Shown here: one piece after another, positions 60,859 through 64,000 of the stretch
Numbering within the stretch: position 1 is the stretch's first letter
Layout: every line of letters starts with the position of its first letter
Assembly: GCA_965223545.1 (NCBI GenBank)
Contig: OZ245006.1
Span: forward strand, 4,192,001 to 4,256,000
DNA from: Planctomycetota bacterium
GTDB lineage: Bacteria > Planctomycetota > UBA1135 > UBA2386
Reading direction: 5' to 3'
Length of the DNA: 64,000 nt
Translations under genes and position numbers: made by a program
The notes under the pieces: generated by a model
What the model saw: only the letters and a program-made list of their open reading frames with translations
What the model was told of the DNA's origin: nothing
Database searches by the model: none

Positions 60859-62184
60859 TCAACTCGGCGGCCGGGGCATGTGGGACAGCATCCCCGCCGC
60901 CGATGCCGCCGCGCCCTCCAGCGTCGACGGCAGGCGCGTATCGGTCCAATCGCCGCAGACCCAGAGGTTGTGCAGGCCGTGCCAGCGACCTGGCGCCGGG
61001 CGCAGGGCCTCGGCCGCCGGGGTCGCGAGCAGGGTTGCGTTGGCCTCTTTGGTGACCCGCACGCGGGCCGCCTCGGGCACCGCGAAACCGGGGTAGAACG
61101 TCGCGAGCTGCGCGCGGGCCTGCCGTTCGAGGGCGGCGGCGCCCCCCGTCGCGGGCGCGGCGCTGCCGATCAGGGTGAAGCGCCCGGCGGGATCCCCCGG
61201 CCGCCGGTAGACGAACTGGAACGGAGCGCCGTCGACCAGCGCACAGAGCGGACCGTCTTCGACCGGCGGGGCACCCGGCGTGTCGCGCGCGCCGCAGTCG
61301 AACGCGGCGTTGACGATCGCCCGGCCGCGTAGTGCGGGACTGCTGCCCGCGACCTGCCCGGGCAGGACGCGGGCCAGGCGGTGCCACGGCAGCGCCGAGA
61401 CGACGGCGGTGTGGTCGTCCACCGGTCGCTGGCTGCCGTCCCCGAACTGGAGCCCGCCCACCCGGCCGGCCTCGACCCGCACGCCGGTCAACCGCTGTCG
61501 CAGCAGAACCTCGACGCCGGCGGCTGCCAGCGCGCGCCGCGCGGGTTGGTCGAGCAGCTCGGACCATGGTCGGCGTGGGATCCAGATCGCCGCGCGCGCG
61601 GCGCGGCCCGCGAACGCTTGCCGCAGGGTGCCGAGGAACAGCTGTGCCGACACTTGGCTGGGGTGCGCGTTCATCACCGCCAAGCAGAGCGGCTCCCAGA
61701 GCAGGCGTCGCGGCATGCCGTGCTGTCGCTTGGCTTGCAACCACCGCTCGAAATCCCAGTCTGCCGGTGCGCTCCGCGCGGTCGCCACCAGGGCGGCCAA
61801 CGCGCGGCGCCGTTCGCGCACCGACAGGCCGGGCAAAGTGGCCAACGCGGCCGGCATCGCGAGCGGCACGGGTAGGCGCGAGAGCTGCAGCGCGATGCGG
61901 CGTCCGCCGGCAAAGCGGTAGAGCAAGCGCAGTCGGCGGGGCGCCTCGAAGTCCGCCTCGGTGCCGAGCCGGCGCAGCAGCGAGCGGAAGTGGTCGTAGC
62001 AGCCGAGCGCGACGTGGGGTCCGTTGTCGGTCGCGCGGCCCTGGCTCTCGTCGTCGAACGAGAACGCGCGGCCGCCGAGCCAGCCGTGCGCCTCGCACAG
62101 TGTCACCGAATACCCGCGATCGGCGAGTCCGAGCGCGGCGGTGATTCCCGCGACTCCTCCCCCCAGCACCACAGCTTTGCGCAC
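60859..62184 (-). CDS. hpnE: Hydroxysqualene dehydroxylase (FAD-dependent)
   Basis: VVLGGGVAG, LGGRAFSF, DNGPHVALGCY and CGDWTDTRLPSTLEGA motifs; follows hpnC-hpnD. Confidence 0.9.
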   Translation of the reverse strand: MRKAVVLGGGVAGITAALGLADRGYSVTLCEAHGWLGGRAFSFDDESQGRATDNGPHVALGCYDHFRSLLRRLGTEADFEAPRRLRLLYRFAGGRRIALQLSRLPVPLAMPAALATLPGLSVRERRRALAALVATARSAPADWDFERWLQAKRQHGMPRRLLWEPLCLAVMNAHPSQVSAQLFLGTLRQAFAGRAARAAIWIPRRPWSELLDQPARRALAAAGVEVLLRQRLTGVRVEAGRVGGLQFGDGSQRPVDDHTAVVSALPWHRLARVLPGQVAGSSPALRGRAIVNAAFDCGARDTPGAPPVEDGPLCALVDGAPFQFVYRRPGDPAGRFTLIGSAAPATGGAAALERQARAQLATFYPGFAVPEAARVRVTKEANATLLATPAAEALRPAPGRWHGLHNLWVCGDWTDTRLPSTLEGAAASAAGMLSHMPRPPS

Positions 62185-62219
62185 GTGCAGTCCCTGTTCT
62201 CGGTCGATTCCGATCGACC

Positions 62220-63098
62220 TCAGCGCGCGGTGCGAATCTCGCGGCGCACGCGGCGCGCGATGAGCAACTTGCGCCAGCCGGCGACGCGGATGCGCCGCCG
62301 CCGACAGACCTCGCCGCCGAGAGCGGTCGCGCGCTGCAAGACAACGCGATACACCGCGCCCATGACCTCGGCGGGCAACAGCTTCACGCGCAACTCGCCC
62401 TGCGCGTGACGGTCCGCGCCCGCGAATCGCGCCTCGGCTCGGTCGGCCAGCCAACGCGCGACTCCGTCGACGGCGCCGCCGGGCGCGTAATGGCAATCCT
62501 CGCCGTCGCCCCCGAGCCAGCCTGCTTGCGCCCCGTGGGCGCGGAGCACCGAGGCCGGCACGTAGCAGCGGCCGCCGCGCGCGTCCTCCGCCAGGTCGCG
62601 CAGCACGTTGGTGAGCTGCAGGGCGTGGCCGAGCTCGATCGCATAGCCCTCGGCGGCGGGGCCCTCGGCCTCGAACAGGGGCAGGCAGGCGAGCCCGACC
62701 GAGCACGCCACGCGATAGCAGTAGCGCTCGAGGTCCTCCTCCGCGGCGAAGGTCTCGCCGTGCAGGTCGCTGGTCACCCCGTCGATGACGTTCTGCAGAT
62801 GCTGGCGCTGCACGCCGTAGCGCTGCATTGCCGCCGCCAAGCCGCGGCCGACCGGAGTGCGCGCCGCGTCGCGCTCCGCGCGGGCCAGCTCCTCACTCCA
62901 GAACGCGAGCTCTTGTGCGGCAGTCGCGTCGTCCGCGCGATCGTCGACGGCATCGTCCACCAGACGACAAAACGCGTACACCGCGGTGAGGGCCGCGCGG
63001 CGATCCGGCTCGGCGGCCGCGAACGACACCAAGAAGTTGGAGCCGGACCGATACGCAATGCGCTCGGGTGTCAGGGGGGAAGCGGACGGTGGATTCAT
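62220..63098 (-). CDS. hpnD: Presqualene diphosphate synthase
   Basis: SGSNF, YAFCRLVDDAVD, YCYRVACSVG and LQLTNVLRDLAED motifs. Confidence 0.9.
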   Translation of the reverse strand: MNPPSASPLTPERIAYRSGSNFLVSFAAAEPDRRAALTAVYAFCRLVDDAVDDRADDATAAQELAFWSEELARAERDAARTPVGRGLAAAMQRYGVQRQHLQNVIDGVTSDLHGETFAAEEDLERYCYRVACSVGLACLPLFEAEGPAAEGYAIELGHALQLTNVLRDLAEDARGGRCYVPASVLRAHGAQAGWLGGDGEDCHYAPGGAVDGVARWLADRAEARFAGADRHAQGELRVKLLPAEVMGAVYRVVLQRATALGGEVCRRRRIRVAGWRKLLIARRVRREIRTAR

Positions 63099-63940
63099 CG
63101 CAGCTCGACTGGAGCGCGCCGGCGAAACAGCGCGCGGGCGACGACGGCGATTTTCTCGCGGCGCGTCAGACGGACATGCGTTTTGAGCACATCGTAGTCG
63201 ATGGCCGCCAGGCTGCGCAGCACGGCGCCGGCGCCGCCGAGGATGGCCCGCAGCTCGGCGGCCAGGCGGCCACGCACCATGCCGGTGAGGGCGTGGCCAT
63301 CGCGCAGCATGGCGCGGGTCTCGTCGGCCCAGCCGCGCAGGAGATCGCGCAAGCCCGCCGGTGTGCTCGTGCCGGCGAGCGCTTCGAGGGCGACGCCGTG
63401 GCGGGCGAAGTCTTCGACCGGGAAGTAGACGCGGTCTCGCTCCAGCCAGTCCTCGCGCACGTCCTGCAGGTGGTTGACCAGCTGCAGGCCGGTGCAGACG
63501 AGATCCGACAATCGGTCCATCTCGTCGTCGCGGTGGCCGAAGACGCGCAGCACGAGCCGGCCGACGGGATCCGCCGACTTGGTGCAGTAGGCGAGCAGAC
63601 TCTGTCGGTCGTGCCGGCTCTGGCGCAGGTCGAGGGCGAAGGCGTCGAGTAGGTCGAAGAACAAGGCGGAGGGGAGCTCGCGTTCGACAATGCTGTCGCA
63701 CAGGTCACGCAACAGCGGCGTGGACCGCGTGCTCGGGTCCGTCAGGTGGCGCTCGAAGTCGGCACGGAAATCCGCCAGGGCGGGGGCGCTGCGCAGCTCG
63801 TCCGCCAAGTCGTCGGCGGTGCGCGCAAACGCGTAGATGCGATGCAGGTGGCGGCGCTCGGCGCGCGGCAGCAGCCAGGACCCGACCGGGAAGTTCTCGT
63901 AGTGGGTGGCGGCGAGCCGGAGGTGAGGGGCGGCGGACAC
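63095..63940 (-). CDS. hpnC: Hydroxysqualene synthase
   Basis: HYENFPVGS, YAFARTADDLADE, YCTKSADPVGRLVL and LQLVNHLQD motifs. Confidence 0.93.
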   Translation of the reverse strand: MSAAPHLRLAATHYENFPVGSWLLPRAERRHLHRIYAFARTADDLADELRSAPALADFRADFERHLTDPSTRSTPLLRDLCDSIVERELPSALFFDLLDAFALDLRQSRHDRQSLLAYCTKSADPVGRLVLRVFGHRDDEMDRLSDLVCTGLQLVNHLQDVREDWLERDRVYFPVEDFARHGVALEALAGTSTPAGLRDLLRGWADETRAMLRDGHALTGMVRGRLAAELRAILGGAGAVLRSLAAIDYDVLKTHVRLTRREKIAVVARALFRRRAPVELR

Positions 63941-64000
63941 GGGGCGGCCGTGGTTCTACCCGACGCGCCGGGCCGCGCGCGAGCCGTGGGGCTGGCGGGG

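Noticed and set aside
60653..62344. Apparent 1101-aa fusion extending the radical SAM gene
   Set aside because: The upstream part is an alternative frame of hpnE with low-complexity translation; the real domain starts near 60652.

Overview
High-GC bacterial window, probably Planctomycetota (inferred from an ECF sigma/membrane fusion, a Ser/Thr kinase-TPR protein and hopanoid genes). It runs from lepA-rdgB-rph at the left to hpnC-hpnD-hpnE at the right, with metH, pckA, msrB and many glycan-synthesis genes between. Four signals stand out. (1) An IS110 element (32372-34311) is inserted into a host ~200-bp palindromic repeat. Its 374-nt non-coding end has two parallel loops whose short guides match the repeat target and the element's own ends, i.e. 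a readable bridge RNA. Circularisation would also assemble a TTGACA-containing promoter. (2) An MsrA carries an in-frame TGA in its GxFWG active site plus a SECIS-like hairpin, so it is a likely selenoprotein that the ORF track truncates. (3) A stripped-down flagellar rotor set (PilZ-cNMP, fliF, fliG, then fliJ-like, MotE-like, fliL, fliM, fliN) is split by a polysaccharide cluster. No export, rod, hook or stator genes are in the window, and both halves share an upstream motif. (4) A plant-type UDP-apiose/xylose synthase homolog sits next to GT2 and GT-C transferases. All calls come from motif reading, without database searches.
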